DNA from: Camelus ferus | Lineage: Eukaryota | DNA length: 64,000 nt | Reading direction: 5' to 3' | Assembly: GCF_009834535.1 (NCBI RefSeq) | Contig: NC_045697.1 | Coordinates: 109,246,001-109,310,000, forward strand | Shown: positions 62,892 through 64,000 of the stretch, one piece after another | Numbering within the stretch: position 1 is the stretch's first letter | How the letters are laid out: every line of letters starts with the position of its first letter | The notes under the pieces: model-generated | What the model saw: the letters and a program-made list of their open reading frames with translations, nothing else | The model's database searches: none | What the model was told of the DNA's origin: nothing | Position numbers and translations under genes: made by a program

Positions 62892-63988
62892 GTACACTCG
62901 ATGGTAATATGTAAACCCCCTTCTTTATGCTTCTTCTGCTCACGTTTGCATGGTGTCGGAGCATGTTGAAGGCGCCTTGTCCCCCGTGTGTTTGCCAGCT
63001 TTGGCCAAGACACTGGGGATGAAATCTAAGCAAAAGCATGGTTAGATGCTTCTCAATTACTCCATCCGCAGTAAGTTCAACCGCAGGCCATGTGTGGTTT
63101 TAATTGGAGGCGGTTTACAACGCCGAAGTCTCACCTTCGAATATGAGCATTAAATAAAATATAAATGTTAAAAGAGAGTATTTTTTAAATAAAAATGTGT
63201 GAGGAACAATGGAGAAATTCCTGTGTCCACCTAGCCATAGCTTTGTTTAAAGAGCTTCTGAATGAGAAATTTTTTCACCTTTCTAGGTGATTTTAAGAGA
63301 GCAGGAATATTTAGAATATTTGCCGAGTACAGGCAGGGCCGCCTGGGCCGCCTCTTTGCCTTGTCTGGGGTACTGCTGTACAGTCACAAGCTTACTTTGT
63401 TTTCTACATCAGCAAGAAGAGGCTGAAAAACAGTTTATTCATTTTATTTTGGAAAGGAGGCTTTGGCATTTAACATTAATTTGCATCATCATTCTTTATG
63501 CTTTGTCTCCAGTTCTGCCAGGTTCTGAATGTCACCTAAAATTATAAAGTGTGGGTATCTGCTCTACTTTAAAAATACACTAGATATTGGAGTTTTTTTT
63601 CCCCCAGTGCTGAGAGTTACCACGTCTCTCCTCAGCGGGAGCTGAGGGCCCTAAAGTGACCATCAAGGAAACTGGCAGATGTGACTTTCAGCTGGTGATG
63701 CAGAGAATGAATTCTGATGCTTATTGCTCATTGCATTCGTTAGGGCTGCTGGAACTCTTAGCTTGATCTGGGAGAAGGCAGCGTAGACAGTCACAAGTGT
63801 AGGATGCTACAGAATCTGCGGTACCTGGAGCCAGAGGTCTGGCTGAGTGACCTTTCAAGGACTGAGTCTACGATCCTTTGTTCTTTCTTAAACAACTAAG
63901 TTACTATATTAAGTTTTGTAAGTACTGTGCTGTTGTCATCATTTTTGTTGTTGCAGTTATCACATACTTTTTTCTATCTTTATTGCAG

Positions 63989-64000
63989 GTCCCCATTTTG
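63989..64000 (+). CDS. TRIM2: TRIM2 exon 10, first 12 nt (truncated by window end)
   Basis: Strong polypyrimidine tract plus TTGCAG, then (G)GT CCC CAT TTT = GPHF, in phase with exon 9. Confidence 0.9.

Noticed and set aside
1..64000. CRISPR arrays, operons or a prokaryote-like defence system
   Set aside because: The sequence is intron-rich mammalian DNA; no regularly spaced direct repeats or compact gene clusters are present.

Overview
Mammalian genomic DNA, very probably camelid (inferred from about 15 copies of a Vic-1-type tRNA-derived SINE). The window holds most of TRIM2 (RING/B-box/coiled-coil/filamin/NHL E3 ligase) on the + strand. Nine coding exons run from the RING exon (24149-24333) to the start of an NHL exon cut by the window end (63989-64000). 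The canonical first exon is not visible, but two CpG-rich candidate alternative promoters lie at ~6.6-7.45 kb and ~13.9-14.7 kb. Two exons each carry a +1 insertion with the same signature (Asn codon written AAC+T), which points to an assembly artefact at heterozygous C/T sites more than to real gene loss. The introns contain a 2.85-kb L1 with both ends, TSDs and an intact ORF1 but almost no ORF2, an L1 3' transduction nested inside a SINE, a U6 retrocopy split by an L1 fragment, inverted SINE pairs, two copies of an unassigned retroposon tail, LTRs and DNA transposons. No prokaryotic-type system is present. Exon numbering, human comparisons and repeat family names are from memory and were not checked against a database.
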